Below, piece after piece: positions 10,220 through 19,957 of a stretch of 51,588 bases of DNA. The notes beneath the pieces are model-generated. The model was given only the letters and a program-made list of their open reading frames with translations, ran no database searches and was not told where the DNA came from. Source of the stretch: Desulfobulbaceae bacterium (lineage in GTDB: Bacteria; Desulfobacterota; Desulfobulbia; Desulfobulbales; SURF-16); NCBI GenBank assembly GCA_003249165.1, contig QKJV01000214.1, positions 1 through 51,588 on the forward strand, given 5' to 3'. How positions within the stretch are numbered: position 1 is the first letter of the stretch; every line of letters begins with the position of its first letter. Made by a program: the position numbers and the translations under genes.

Positions 10220-11227
10220 TCACTTTGAGGGTAGTTGTTGGTCTTTTTCAAAAAGCCGAACAGTAACCGGCATCCCTTGGCGTAGCGCATGATCAGGATC
10301 GTCGGCAATGATTCGCAATTGATAAACCAGTCGGGTCCGTAGTTCTTCGGTCTGAACGGATTTCGGTGTAAATTCAGCTTCTGGAGAAATAAAGCCGACA
10401 TGTCCATGATATGTTTGATCTGGAAAGGAATCAGTGTAGATTGCTGCATTCATTCCGGGATAGATACGGCCTAGATCGGGCTCATCAACGTATGCTCTGA
10501 TCCAAATAGGATTGTCAAGAGATAGAGTAAGTACGGTTTGTCCCGCAGCAACTACCGCACCCGGTTCTTCCACCCTGGTCAGGATGGTTCCCTCTTCTTG
10601 TGCGTTAATTGCCGTATCCGCCAATCGAGTGCGGGCGCTTGCCAGTTGCGCTTCTGCTGCCTGTAAATCTGCTCGGGCTGCAGCGACATCTTCACTACGA
10701 TAGCCTTCTCTTGCAAGATTCAAACTTTGCTTGGCTGTCACCAACCGCGCCTTGGACTCTTTCAGTGATGCTTCAGCATTATCATAAGCTTGCTGAGATA
10801 CCGCTCCTGTTGCGATAAGTTTTTCTATGCGATTAAAATCAGTCTGAAGATTTGTAACAGTTGCCTCCCGTTCCCTGACCAGTGCTTCGGCTTGAGCTAT
10901 TTCCTGTGGTCTGCTGCCCGCCTCCATTTTAGCAAGCACTGCAATTGCCTGACTCCGTCTGGCCAAGGCGAGGCTCAGTTCATCCTGAAAAGGAATCTCA
11001 TCGAGTTGCGCAAGTTTTTGCCCCTTTTTTACACGGTCACCTTCCTCAACGTCTATGCCAAGAATGCGGCCACCAACTCGGAAGCCAAGATCCACTTTGC
11101 GAATATCGACGTTGCCATAGAGAGTGAGTTCGCCGTTGCTCGTTTTAGTAAAAAACAGATTGCGAAAAATAAGTACTCCCACTACGCCGGTAAGCAGTAT
11201 CAGTAAAAATATCGGTTTTTTTTTCAT
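10220..11227 (-). CDS. ybhG: HlyD-family membrane fusion protein (YbhG-like)
   Basis: N-terminal TM anchor, LYGNVDIR.V.LGFRVGG, coiled coil and AEFTPKSVQT.ELRT.LVY. Start probably MKKK at 11227. Confidence 0.85.
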   Translation of the reverse strand: MKKKPIFLLILLTGVVGVLIFRNLFFTKTSNGELTLYGNVDIRKVDLGFRVGGRILGIDVEEGDRVKKGQKLAQLDEIPFQDELSLALARRSQAIAVLAKMEAGSRPQEIAQAEALVREREATVTNLQTDFNRIEKLIATGAVSQQAYDNAEASLKESKARLVTAKQSLNLAREGYRSEDVAAARADLQAAEAQLASARTRLADTAINAQEEGTILTRVEEPGAVVAAGQTVLTLSLDNPIWIRAYVDEPDLGRIYPGMNAAIYTDSFPDQTYHGHVGFISPEAEFTPKSVQTEELRTRLVYQLRIIADDPDHALRQGMPVTVRLFEKDQQLPSK

Positions 11228-11586
11228 GACTGAACTCGCAGTGTAAGCCAAAGTTAAAGATAAGTTGATTAGCGATAAATCAATTATCTGGTCCGGGTAA
11301 ATGTTTCTTGCAATACGCAAATTAGTGCGAGAATCTGTTCCTGTACAATTCTGTAAATTCTTTCAATTACTTTCATATTATAACCCGAAAGCCCAAGATT
11401 ATGAGTCAGAGTTATCTTTGATAAGATGGCATTATTCCCCTCTGAAAATTCTTTATGTCTAAGTCCTTCTGGTAAACAAGTTAAAAGAATGAATGAGACA
11501 TTTTGAGCATTGAAATACAGTTTATTAGTAAAAGCATGATTTCATTTTCATCAATAATGACTTGGGCAACGGAAAATCAACACCTC

Positions 11587-12561
11587 TCAATGCGTAAAGA
11601 TGGTTTTTCCCTTTTCCTTATTTTCACGTTTAAAGAGCTTTTCAATATTTCGCCAGACAAGTAAAAAAGACTCTCTGTTTGCACATTTCAGAGAGAAAAG
11701 AAGTTCGTCTTTTTCAAAAGACGGACTATGTTCAATCCGCGCCTCTTCGGGCAGGGAAAGATTTGCTATGAAGCTTTTGAATTCCTTTTCCGCTTGGCTC
11801 AACCGCGGGAATCTTTCATCGGTAAGCCATTTCATAAGGTTGGTTGTTTTCTGAGGAATGTTGGCCGAATCATGGTTGAGGATCTCATCAATACTTTGAT
11901 TCCTCAGAAAATTTGCGATGGTTACATTATTACGGACAGCGAGTTCCCTGCAGGTTATTAATAATTTTTTCTGATTACCGACGCTTAATCGAAGCGCTTC
12001 AATGATTTCATAAAGAGATAATCTGTCGCTGAAAGGAATTTTACAGAGTTCAAAAGCAACTTTGTCGTCGAGTATTCCCTCATGAATGGAGACAAGCAGT
12101 GGTTCCTCCAGTTCCAGTAAGCGCAAATCACGCTGAATATGATAGACTGATGGCGAATGTCCCATCAGTGGAAGAAAACGTGACGCAACTGTTTTTTCAT
12201 CGGTATGTGCTAACACTTTACGAAAAAAAACAGCTCGCTCAACGGGGGTCAGGGGAGAGGATAACAGGGATTCTTCAAGGCAAATGGCAAACGTGTCTAA
12301 CGCATCTGCTTTGTCGGTCAGTTTATGACAATCACATGTTGTTCCTTTATCTTCAAGAGCGGCAAGAAGTCTTTTGCGTCCTGAAACGATAGCAAATGAG
12401 GAAGATGATTTTTCTTTGACAACAGGAGGATGAAGGATTCCGCAACGTTTGATGGATTTAGTCAACACCGGGGGAACAGAAACAGGGATAAAAGATGGTG
12501 TAAGTGAATAGGTGCTATCGGAAAAATCTATATTGTTGATACTTATCCGTGAGATATGCAT
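11587..12561 (-). CDS. ParB N-terminal (ParB/Srx) domain protein, orphan
   Basis: SIKRCGILHPPVV...AIVSGRKRLLAA matches the ParB GxxR box; helical C-terminus. Alternative start 12579. Confidence 0.7.
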   Translation of the reverse strand: MHISRISINNIDFSDSTYSLTPSFIPVSVPPVLTKSIKRCGILHPPVVKEKSSSSFAIVSGRKRLLAALEDKGTTCDCHKLTDKADALDTFAICLEESLLSSPLTPVERAVFFRKVLAHTDEKTVASRFLPLMGHSPSVYHIQRDLRLLELEEPLLVSIHEGILDDKVAFELCKIPFSDRLSLYEIIEALRLSVGNQKKLLITCRELAVRNNVTIANFLRNQSIDEILNHDSANIPQKTTNLMKWLTDERFPRLSQAEKEFKSFIANLSLPEEARIEHSPSFEKDELLFSLKCANRESFLLVWRNIEKLFKRENKEKGKTIFTH

Positions 12562-12691
12562 GAAATCCCTCTTTGGCATTGCGCTTTTTGCTTATGGTTA
12601 TATACTGGATGAAAATAATATCATAAAGATAATTTTTAACAACCCTGCCTATTTATGCGTCAACAGATATGATTTTAAGAATAGTAGTGCA

Positions 12692-13339
12692 ATGAGAGTC
12701 ATAATGATTGCTGCTATTACCTTATGCGGGCGCATCACTCCTGCACCATTGGGAAGTCGACTCGATCGTCGTTTTCTTGAAAAGATGCGCGATGAAACTG
12801 ATGCCAGTTTGATAGGAGGAGGTACTCTACGGCAGGACAATCCGGAAATGCGGGGTACCGGTGGTAAACTGGGGGAACGTATAAGGGCAATTATGACCTA
12901 TTCAGGCGATATCCCGGTCCGGGACAAAAAGATTTTCACTCAAGGACCGACTCCTCTTGTTTTTACTGCCCGGGAGCATTATGAATCTCTTACTGTGCGT
13001 CTTGGTAGAGGGGCCGAAGTCATGGCCCTTCCCCTAGACGCAGGTGGTTTGTCCGTTTCAGGTGCTATTGCTGAACTGCAGAAAAGGGGAGTCCGGTCGG
13101 TGCTTATTGAAGGAGGCGGCAGAATGAATTTTTCGGCCCTCTACCAGAGGGTCGTTGATGAAGTTATGGTGACAATTACGCCCAAACTATCTGGTGACAC
13201 CTCAGCGGCGAGTCTGATTACAGGACCTGAATCAGTTGGAACTCCTTTGCTTGATCTGCAACTTCTTTCCTGTAGGGAGCAGACCACAGGAGAAATTTTT
13301 GCCCACTATCTTATCCGTTATGAGGATCAAAATGCATAA
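12692..13339 (+). CDS. RibD C-terminal / DHFR-like NAD(P)H reductase (standalone)
   Basis: AITLCGRI, MRDETDASLIGGGTLRQDNP, VLIEGGG.MN and VDEVMVTITPKL are RibD_C motifs; no deaminase domain. Confidence 0.85.
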   Translation: MRVIMIAAITLCGRITPAPLGSRLDRRFLEKMRDETDASLIGGGTLRQDNPEMRGTGGKLGERIRAIMTYSGDIPVRDKKIFTQGPTPLVFTAREHYESLTVRLGRGAEVMALPLDAGGLSVSGAIAELQKRGVRSVLIEGGGRMNFSALYQRVVDEVMVTITPKLSGDTSAASLITGPESVGTPLLDLQLLSCREQTTGEIFAHYLIRYEDQNA

Positions 13340-14084
13340 ACAGGAGCTCGCCATTCTTTTTTCCGGAGGGACAGATTCATTAGCCCTCTATGCATTGGCA
13401 ACAGCAGGTCATCATCCAGACCTGCCGCGACCAAGGCGGATTCACCTGCTGAATATGCTTAACGGGATGGGACGCTTCCCTGATTTTACCAGTAACCGTT
13501 TCGAGACAGCAAAAAAAATTCTGGTCAGACGTTTCCCTGAACCTGAAGACATGCCGAAAGCCTTGTTGGTAGAACTCGATATGGGGAGACTGTTTCAAGA
13601 TTTGTGGCTTGATCGGTATGAGGAGTTGATGCCACGTTACGGAGGGAAAAATCTGGTATGTGTAGCATGTAAGGTTGCCATGCATATTAGAGGGATTCTT
13701 TACTGCAATGAACATCTTATACCTACACTCGTTGCCGGTTATACAAAAAAACAGAACTACTATCCTGAACAGACTCCTGTATTTATGGAGAAAATTTCTA
13801 AATTCAGTGGACAGTTCGGGTTATCGGTCCATTTTCCGGTTTATGATGACTTTGAAGAGGTTATGACAACCCGCCATCTGCTTGAGGATTATGGCCTCCC
13901 ATCAACCGGTGGAGGGGAACGAAAATGTCTTTTCAGTCAGACCTTAACAACTGCTACGGAAAAGGAAATTGGTGCATATCTCGATGATATGCTGCCTTTG
14001 GCACAGAACTATATCGAAAGCATTCAGGACGGGAGGATCAGGGATGCTGCTGCTTGTTTCCCACTAGGAAGTAAAACTCTTTAA
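13332..14084 (+). CDS. uncharacterised PP-loop (adenine nucleotide alpha-hydrolase) protein with CxxC and a distal Cys
   Basis: N-terminal ILFSGGTDS PP-loop, CVACK, later ERKCLF. ATG 13332 follows a GAGGA RBS and overlaps the upstream gene. Confidence 0.7.
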   Translation: MHKQELAILFSGGTDSLALYALATAGHHPDLPRPRRIHLLNMLNGMGRFPDFTSNRFETAKKILVRRFPEPEDMPKALLVELDMGRLFQDLWLDRYEELMPRYGGKNLVCVACKVAMHIRGILYCNEHLIPTLVAGYTKKQNYYPEQTPVFMEKISKFSGQFGLSVHFPVYDDFEEVMTTRHLLEDYGLPSTGGGERKCLFSQTLTTATEKEIGAYLDDMLPLAQNYIESIQDGRIRDAAACFPLGSKTL

Positions 14085-14102
14085 TTGTAGATAGGAGATG
14101 TT

Positions 14103-15038
14103 TTGGGAGAAAATTTTTTGCCGAGAACAATCCGTGTTGATTGTGAACCTTCACTCATTAACATGGAAACCCATAAAAAAGTGATCACCTCGGGTACAGA
14201 CGTACCTGAGCAACCGCCTTCTTTTTGTGTAGATCTTAATGAGGTAGGTATATCAGGTAAGACCGTTTGGGTACTCCTGCCAGAGGGCCGTTTGCCTTTT
14301 ACGGCAACCATCACGGTGGACCTTCCGGGACATGCTAGAGGAATTCACATGTCCCGCCTTGAGCAGGCAATAGCTGATCTGCACGAACGCCCATTTGCCA
14401 GACTTAGTCAATATGTGCGTGCTTTGGTTGAAATGATAGTTGAGCGTCAGCGTGGAAACCATGCACGGGTAAGTCTTCAAGGGAAGAGACCCATGCTGCG
14501 TCAATCAAAAATCAGCCGACAGATTTCAGTCGATCCATTGCTTGTTAAAGTTTCGGCGATGATAGACAAAACAAACTCAAACACGATCTTTCTTTCTAAC
14601 GGCGTGGGAGTCTGTCACATTACCTCATGTCCATGTACACAGGTTTACAATCTTGATGTTTTTCCCGAGCGTGGCAACTGCCCGATGCCTACCCATTCTC
14701 AGCGCTCACAGACATGGTTGCATCTGCGTGGAGAGTGTAAAATCCCATCATATAACGATTTGCTGAATTGTCTTGAAAATTCCCTGCATCTGACCCAGGA
14801 TCTTCTGAAAAGGCCGGATGAGGCAGAAATAGTTCTGAAAGCACATATCCATCCCCAGTTTGCGGAGGATGCGGTTCGAGAGACGGCGCGGGCTGCAGCG
14901 GTGATGTTCGGCCCAGTATGTCCGGCAGAAACCGGGATCGTCATTGAATCGCTCAGCCTTGAAAGTATTCATATCCACGACGTCTGTTGCCGGTTGGAAA
15001 CTACCCTCGGATCAATCTATTCCCTCCTCGATGAATGA
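14103..15038 (+). CDS. GTP cyclohydrolase FolE2/MptA family (MptA-like)
   Basis: GIHMSR, TSCPC, THSQRS, LLKRPDE, AH.HPQFAEDAVR and ESIHIHD motifs. Alternative start ATG 14163. Confidence 0.85.
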   Translation: MGENFLPRTIRVDCEPSLINMETHKKVITSGTDVPEQPPSFCVDLNEVGISGKTVWVLLPEGRLPFTATITVDLPGHARGIHMSRLEQAIADLHERPFARLSQYVRALVEMIVERQRGNHARVSLQGKRPMLRQSKISRQISVDPLLVKVSAMIDKTNSNTIFLSNGVGVCHITSCPCTQVYNLDVFPERGNCPMPTHSQRSQTWLHLRGECKIPSYNDLLNCLENSLHLTQDLLKRPDEAEIVLKAHIHPQFAEDAVRETARAAAVMFGPVCPAETGIVIESLSLESIHIHDVCCRLETTLGSIYSLLDE

Positions 15039-16498
15039 GAAGTGAAAACGAGGCTCCAAACAGATACCCTGATTTCCTGTTAAGAACCATAGGATTGCTT
15101 GCAACCAGACTTGCAGTTGAAGTCTATGTCGTAGGGGGAACGGTCCGAGATTGGCTAAGGGGCATTTGGCCCCGGGATCTTGATCTGGCCGTTTCGCATT
15201 CCGCTCTTGATTTTGCCAGAACATTAGCTGCTGATCTGCATGGAACTTTTGTTTTGCTTGATGAAGAAGAGCAGACAGCAAGAGTGATCTGGAAGGAAAA
15301 TCTCGTCGATATTGCTGGATTTCGTGGAGGGGCTCAGGATATTTGTACAGACCTCCTTTTGCGTGATCTGAGCATAAATGCAATGGCCATCCGGTTCCAA
15401 GACTTCGGAAATTTAAACAAGCCGAAAGAAGAGGTGCTCATTGATCCGGCAGACGGCCTGTCTGATCTGCGCAAAGGTATTATCCGGTTGCTTGGTCAGC
15501 GTGTTTTGACAGATGATCCTTTGCGACTACTGCGAGCATTTCGTTTTTTTGCTGAAAATGGATTTGTCATCGAACCATACTCATGGCAGATTATTGTTAC
15601 TTCTCGTGAACTCATTCGTTCTGTATCTCCAGAGCGCATATCTCACGAACTTGATTGTATCATAGCAAGTTGCAGAGCTGCGGATACAATAGAATTGCTT
15701 GTTCATTCCGGAGTTTTGCCTCTTCTGTTACCTGAACTCGCTATGGGGGGAGGGATAAGGCAGCCAGCCAGTCATCATCTTGATGTCATGAGACATAATA
15801 TAGAAACTTTGCGACGGATGGAGGAAATTTTGTCCCAGCCGGCAGATTACTATCCCGAGCAAGGTGAGGTGATCAGCAGCTATCTCGCTTGTGAAAGGAA
15901 AATTTTGTGGCTCAAATGGGCCGCTTTGTTTCATGATCTGGGGAAGCCCTCCGTGTGTAAAATTATTGATAAACGTATAACTTTTTATAATCATGACCGT
16001 GTTGGGGGTGAGCTTGTTGGGGCAATTGCCCAGCGGTTACGCTGGAGCAAGGAAAAAACATCGATAATCAGTAAGTTGATTGCTTTACACATGTGGCCTT
16101 TTCATCTAAGCAATAGCCGTAGAAAAAAAGAAATCACTGCAAAGGCGTGTCTGAAACTTTACAGGGCTGCAGGAAAAGATCTGACAGGGCTCTTTCTGCT
16201 GGCAATGGCCGACAGTCTGGCAGGACAGGGTTCAGGAAAGCCAGAGAATATGGAAAAGGAACTTGCTGCGCTTTACCGGCAGATACATGATATCTGCAGA
16301 ACCCGAGTTGAGCCTGTTTTCGCAAGCCCCCGGTTAGTAACGGGCAATGATTTGATCGCTTTTGGCCTAAAACCTGGACCTCATTTCAAAAAAATTTTGT
16401 CAGAGGTGGAAAATGCGCAGGTTGAAGGAACGATATCCAACCGTGATCAAGCCCTTGATTGGCTAAGACAATTATGCCTCTCCTTTGATTTGATTTGA
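15035..16498 (+). CDS. tRNA nucleotidyltransferase/poly(A) polymerase family protein with HD domain
   Basis: YVVGGTVRD...DLDL, RDLSINAMA and DDPLRLLRAFRF in the NTase head; HD domain H...LFHDLGK...H..VG...D; C-terminal LVTGNDL..G..PGP. Confidence 0.9.
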   Translation: MRSENEAPNRYPDFLLRTIGLLATRLAVEVYVVGGTVRDWLRGIWPRDLDLAVSHSALDFARTLAADLHGTFVLLDEEEQTARVIWKENLVDIAGFRGGAQDICTDLLLRDLSINAMAIRFQDFGNLNKPKEEVLIDPADGLSDLRKGIIRLLGQRVLTDDPLRLLRAFRFFAENGFVIEPYSWQIIVTSRELIRSVSPERISHELDCIIASCRAADTIELLVHSGVLPLLLPELAMGGGIRQPASHHLDVMRHNIETLRRMEEILSQPADYYPEQGEVISSYLACERKILWLKWAALFHDLGKPSVCKIIDKRITFYNHDRVGGELVGAIAQRLRWSKEKTSIISKLIALHMWPFHLSNSRRKKEITAKACLKLYRAAGKDLTGLFLLAMADSLAGQGSGKPENMEKELAALYRQIHDICRTRVEPVFASPRLVTGNDLIAFGLKPGPHFKKILSEVENAQVEGTISNRDQALDWLRQLCLSFDLI

Positions 16499-16582
16499 TT
16501 TATTTTTTCGCCATTGTAGTCTATTAAAATTAACTTTTTTTTGAACGTAAACAGACAACGTGAATGAAAATGGACGGAATCT

Positions 16583-19069
16583 ATGGAAAACGCAGATAAT
16601 ACCATCAGTGAGAATCACACGTATGCAAAGATTTTCAGCGCCAAAACAGCCGACCAGTTCAAGGAGAGGATACAACATTATCTTTTGAGTTTCCAAGGCC
16701 GGGATCCCATGAGGGCAGGGCAACGAGATGTCTATAAGGCTTTGTCATATGCCCTGCGGGATGTGCTGGTGGAAAAATGGATTGAGACGCAGAAGAATTT
16801 TTACGTAAAAAAAAGCAAACGAGTTTACTACCTTTCTCTCGAATTTCTTATTGGTAGAAGTCTCGGTAATACACTGATCAATACCGGTGTGCTGAATGAG
16901 GCCTCCAAGGCCCTTGAGCAACTTGGTTACGACCTTGAAGGAATTCGGGAAGTTGAGGAAGATGCAGGTCTTGGCAACGGCGGTTTGGGGAGACTTGCCG
17001 CCTGTTTTATGGATTCTATTGCAACTCTGAAGATTCCAGCCTATGGATATGGGATCCGATACGAATATGGTCTTTTTTTCCAAAAACTGATTAACGGATA
17101 CCAGGTTGAAACACCGGATAATTGGCTGCGTTTTGGGTCTCCTTGGGAGTTTGAGAGATCTTCATACCTTTTCCCCGTTCATTTTTACGGCAAGGTTTAC
17201 AGTTATCTGGACAAAAATGGCATTTATCGTTCGGAATGGGTTGACACAGAGGATGTCATGGCCATGGCCTGTGATATCCTTGTCCCTGGTTTTAACAATA
17301 GTCATGTTATAAATATGCGGCTTTGGACTGCAAAAGCATCCCGTGAATTAGATCTCAATGTTTTTAATACTGGTGATTATATTCATGCGGTTCAGGGAAA
17401 GGTTATATCGGAAACTATTTCCAAGGTGCTTTATCCTTCGGATGAAATTAAAGAAGGGCAGGAACTTCGTTTAAAACAGCAATATTTTTTTGTTGCCGCC
17501 ACATTTCAGGACATTTTACGCCGCTATAAGAAAAAGAACGTTTCGTTCGATCAGTTCAGTAATCAAATTGCAGTTCAGCTAAACGACACCCATCCAGCTA
17601 TTGCTATTCCGGAATTGATGCGTATTCTCATCGATATAGAGGGATTAAGCTGGGAAAAAGCCTGGGATATAAGCATTAAGACATTTGCCTATACAAACCA
17701 TACATTAATGCCTGAAGCTTTGGAGACATGGCCTGTTGACCTGATAGGCAGGGTTCTGCCCCGTCATTTACAGATTATTTATGAAATCAACCAGCGTTTT
17801 CTTGACCAAGTTGCCCAGAAATATCCCGGCGATATCGGTAAAATGCGGGATATGTCAATTATTGAAGAAGGCGAAACAAAAAGAGTGCGGATGGCCTATC
17901 TTGCAGTCATTGGCAGCCATTCCGTTAATGGTGTTGCTGAGTTGCATACTCATCTGCTGAAAACCAAAATTTTTCAGAATTTTCATGAATTTTATCCCGG
18001 AAAATTTAACAACAAAACTAACGGTATTACTCCGCGGCGCTGGTTGCTGAAATGTAATCCCGGATTGGCTGACCTTATTTCGAAGAAAATCGGTTATGAT
18101 TGGGTTACCAACCTTGAGGAGCTGAAGAAACTTGAAAAATTTTCCGGAGATGCCGTTTTTCAACGGAAATGGCGGGCGGTAAAGTTGGAAAACAAGAAAC
18201 GTTTATGCCGGATAATTAACGAAGTTTGCGGAATAAAGGTAAATCCGGATACCATGTTTGATGTCCAGGTGAAGAGAATACATGAATATAAAAGGCAGTT
18301 GCTTAATGCCCTGCATGTGATTTCTTTGTATCAAAGAATTTTAAACAATCCTGATTATTTTTTTCCCTCCCGTACGGTCATTTTTGCAGGTAAAGCTGCG
18401 CCATCTTACGGCAAGGCAAAGCTTATTATTAAACTGATTAACTCAATAGCTGACGTGATTAATAATGATCCAAGAGTAGGAGAAAAGCTCAAGGTTGTTT
18501 TTATTCCGAATTACAATGTTTCTCTTGCTGAAAAAATAATACCTGCTGCTGACTTGTCCGAACAGATTTCAACGGCAGGGACCGAGGCATCAGGAACAGG
18601 AAATATGAAATTAGCGTTGAACGGGGCTTTGACGATAGGAACGCTTGACGGTGCCAATATCGAGATTCTGGAAGAGGTGGGTAGGGATAACATTTTCATT
18701 TTCGGTCTTACTTCGGAGGAAGCTGAATATGAAAAATATCACAAATCCAGAACCCCGATGAGCATATATGAAAAGAATTGCGAAATAAAAAATATAGTGG
18801 ATAGTATTCATGATGGATTCTTCAGTTACGGAGACTGCAAACTTTTTCGTCCTTTGGTCGATGATCTTATGAATGAAAATGATCCGTATTTGCTGTTACT
18901 TGATTTGGAATCTTATATAACGTGTCAGGAAAAAATTGGGCTTGTATTTCGGGATAAAAAGACTTGGACGGAAAAATCTATCTTGAACGTTGCGCGGATG
19001 GGCAAATTTTCAAGTGACAGAACTATCAGAGAGTATGCAAAAGATATTTGGGGAATTAAAGATATTTGA
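16583..19069 (+). CDS. glgP: glycogen/starch phosphorylase
   Basis: GLGNGGLGRLAACF, QLNDTHP, KRIHEYKRQ, the EASGTGNMK PLP-lysine motif and FSSDRTI. Confidence 0.97.
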   Translation: MENADNTISENHTYAKIFSAKTADQFKERIQHYLLSFQGRDPMRAGQRDVYKALSYALRDVLVEKWIETQKNFYVKKSKRVYYLSLEFLIGRSLGNTLINTGVLNEASKALEQLGYDLEGIREVEEDAGLGNGGLGRLAACFMDSIATLKIPAYGYGIRYEYGLFFQKLINGYQVETPDNWLRFGSPWEFERSSYLFPVHFYGKVYSYLDKNGIYRSEWVDTEDVMAMACDILVPGFNNSHVINMRLWTAKASRELDLNVFNTGDYIHAVQGKVISETISKVLYPSDEIKEGQELRLKQQYFFVAATFQDILRRYKKKNVSFDQFSNQIAVQLNDTHPAIAIPELMRILIDIEGLSWEKAWDISIKTFAYTNHTLMPEALETWPVDLIGRVLPRHLQIIYEINQRFLDQVAQKYPGDIGKMRDMSIIEEGETKRVRMAYLAVIGSHSVNGVAELHTHLLKTKIFQNFHEFYPGKFNNKTNGITPRRWLLKCNPGLADLISKKIGYDWVTNLEELKKLEKFSGDAVFQRKWRAVKLENKKRLCRIINEVCGIKVNPDTMFDVQVKRIHEYKRQLLNALHVISLYQRILNNPDYFFPSRTVIFAGKAAPSYGKAKLIIKLINSIADVINNDPRVGEKLKVVFIPNYNVSLAEKIIPAADLSEQISTAGTEASGTGNMKLALNGALTIGTLDGANIEILEEVGRDNIFIFGLTSEEAEYEKYHKSRTPMSIYEKNCEIKNIVDSIHDGFFSYGDCKLFRPLVDDLMNENDPYLLLLDLESYITCQEKIGLVFRDKKTWTEKSILNVARMGKFSSDRTIREYAKDIWGIKDI

Positions 19070-19219
19070 AATTGTAGTTATTTTTTGACAGATATTTCGT
19101 TATTATTCAAAATTTTTTACTTAATATCAGATGGTTGTTCTACAGTTCAAATGTGTTCCCACGAAATTTCGTTTTTATCTCTGGCGTTTTTTTGAGGTAA
19201 AAATCTTAGTCCATTTAGT

Positions 19220-19942
19220 TCAAAAAATTCTTTTCCAGCTTTGTCCGGCATTAAATAAATCCTTTAGTGTAACTATCCCCGCGATTTGCAATTTTTTGGC
19301 TAGAAAAATAAAAAGATACGCTGTCTGGAGTGAGTCCTGTAACGCATCGTGACTGGAAAATGTCGGGAGTTGATAGGCTTTACTTAGATCTGCAAGATTA
19401 TAGGAAACCTGGAGGTTGAATTGATCATGATAATTTTCCCAGCAGGTTTCGGTATAAATTTGTGCCAGACGCATAGTGTCCAGACAGGGATTCTTTATGG
19501 TCGAATGGAAAATTTTTTTTGCAGATTTGTTAATATAACTTACATCAAGACTTACGTAATGCCCAACAAGAAGAGCAGGACCGCAGAACTCAATGAATTT
19601 TGGTAATATATCTTTTAATTTCGGAGCGTTGGCCAGTTGGTCAGGGGTAAGACGGTGTAGTAAAGTGCTGTCCGTAGCCTCGGTAATTTTATATGGTTTA
19701 ACAAGGGAATAAAAAGTTTCACCAGCAACGATTTTAAGATCTCTGACATGTACAGCTCCAATGGAAACTATCTCATCTTTGCGGGTAAGGCCTGTTAGTT
19801 CCGTATCAAAAACTACGAAATTGTAACTCTCAAGAGATCGATTCTGGTCAATCCCTTTGAACCATGCATGGTTTTGCGCAAAGATGGGATGTACGTTCTT
19901 TTTTTCCCGGGCCCAAAAAGGCCACATATTCATGAGTTCCAC
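19220..19942 (-). CDS. DEDDh 3'-5' exonuclease (DNA pol III epsilon-like), partner of the DUF294 protein
   Basis: VVFDTELTG (ExoI), VGHY..LD (ExoII), HDALQDS (ExoIII); lies immediately downstream of the DUF294 gene. Confidence 0.85.
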   Translation of the reverse strand: MELMNMWPFWAREKKNVHPIFAQNHAWFKGIDQNRSLESYNFVVFDTELTGLTRKDEIVSIGAVHVRDLKIVAGETFYSLVKPYKITEATDSTLLHRLTPDQLANAPKLKDILPKFIEFCGPALLVGHYVSLDVSYINKSAKKIFHSTIKNPCLDTMRLAQIYTETCWENYHDQFNLQVSYNLADLSKAYQLPTFSSHDALQDSLQTAYLFIFLAKKLQIAGIVTLKDLFNAGQSWKRIF

Positions 19943-19957
19943 AAAAGTTTATCCTTC

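Noticed and set aside
11587-15038. Reading ParB + PP-loop + FolE2 as a Dpd 7-deazaguanine DNA-modification or Qat-type defence island
   Set aside because: No QueD, QueE, TGT/DpdA, nuclease or NTPase partner is present, and the PP-loop protein lacks the QueC zinc motif.
16484-16501. (TTTGA)3 tandem repeat at the end of the nucleotidyltransferase gene
   Set aside because: Too short; expected by chance in AT-rich DNA.
19085-19113. TTGACA-N17-CAAAAT promoter-like element after glgP
   Set aside because: It points into a convergent gene end, has a weak -10 and has no credible downstream ORF.
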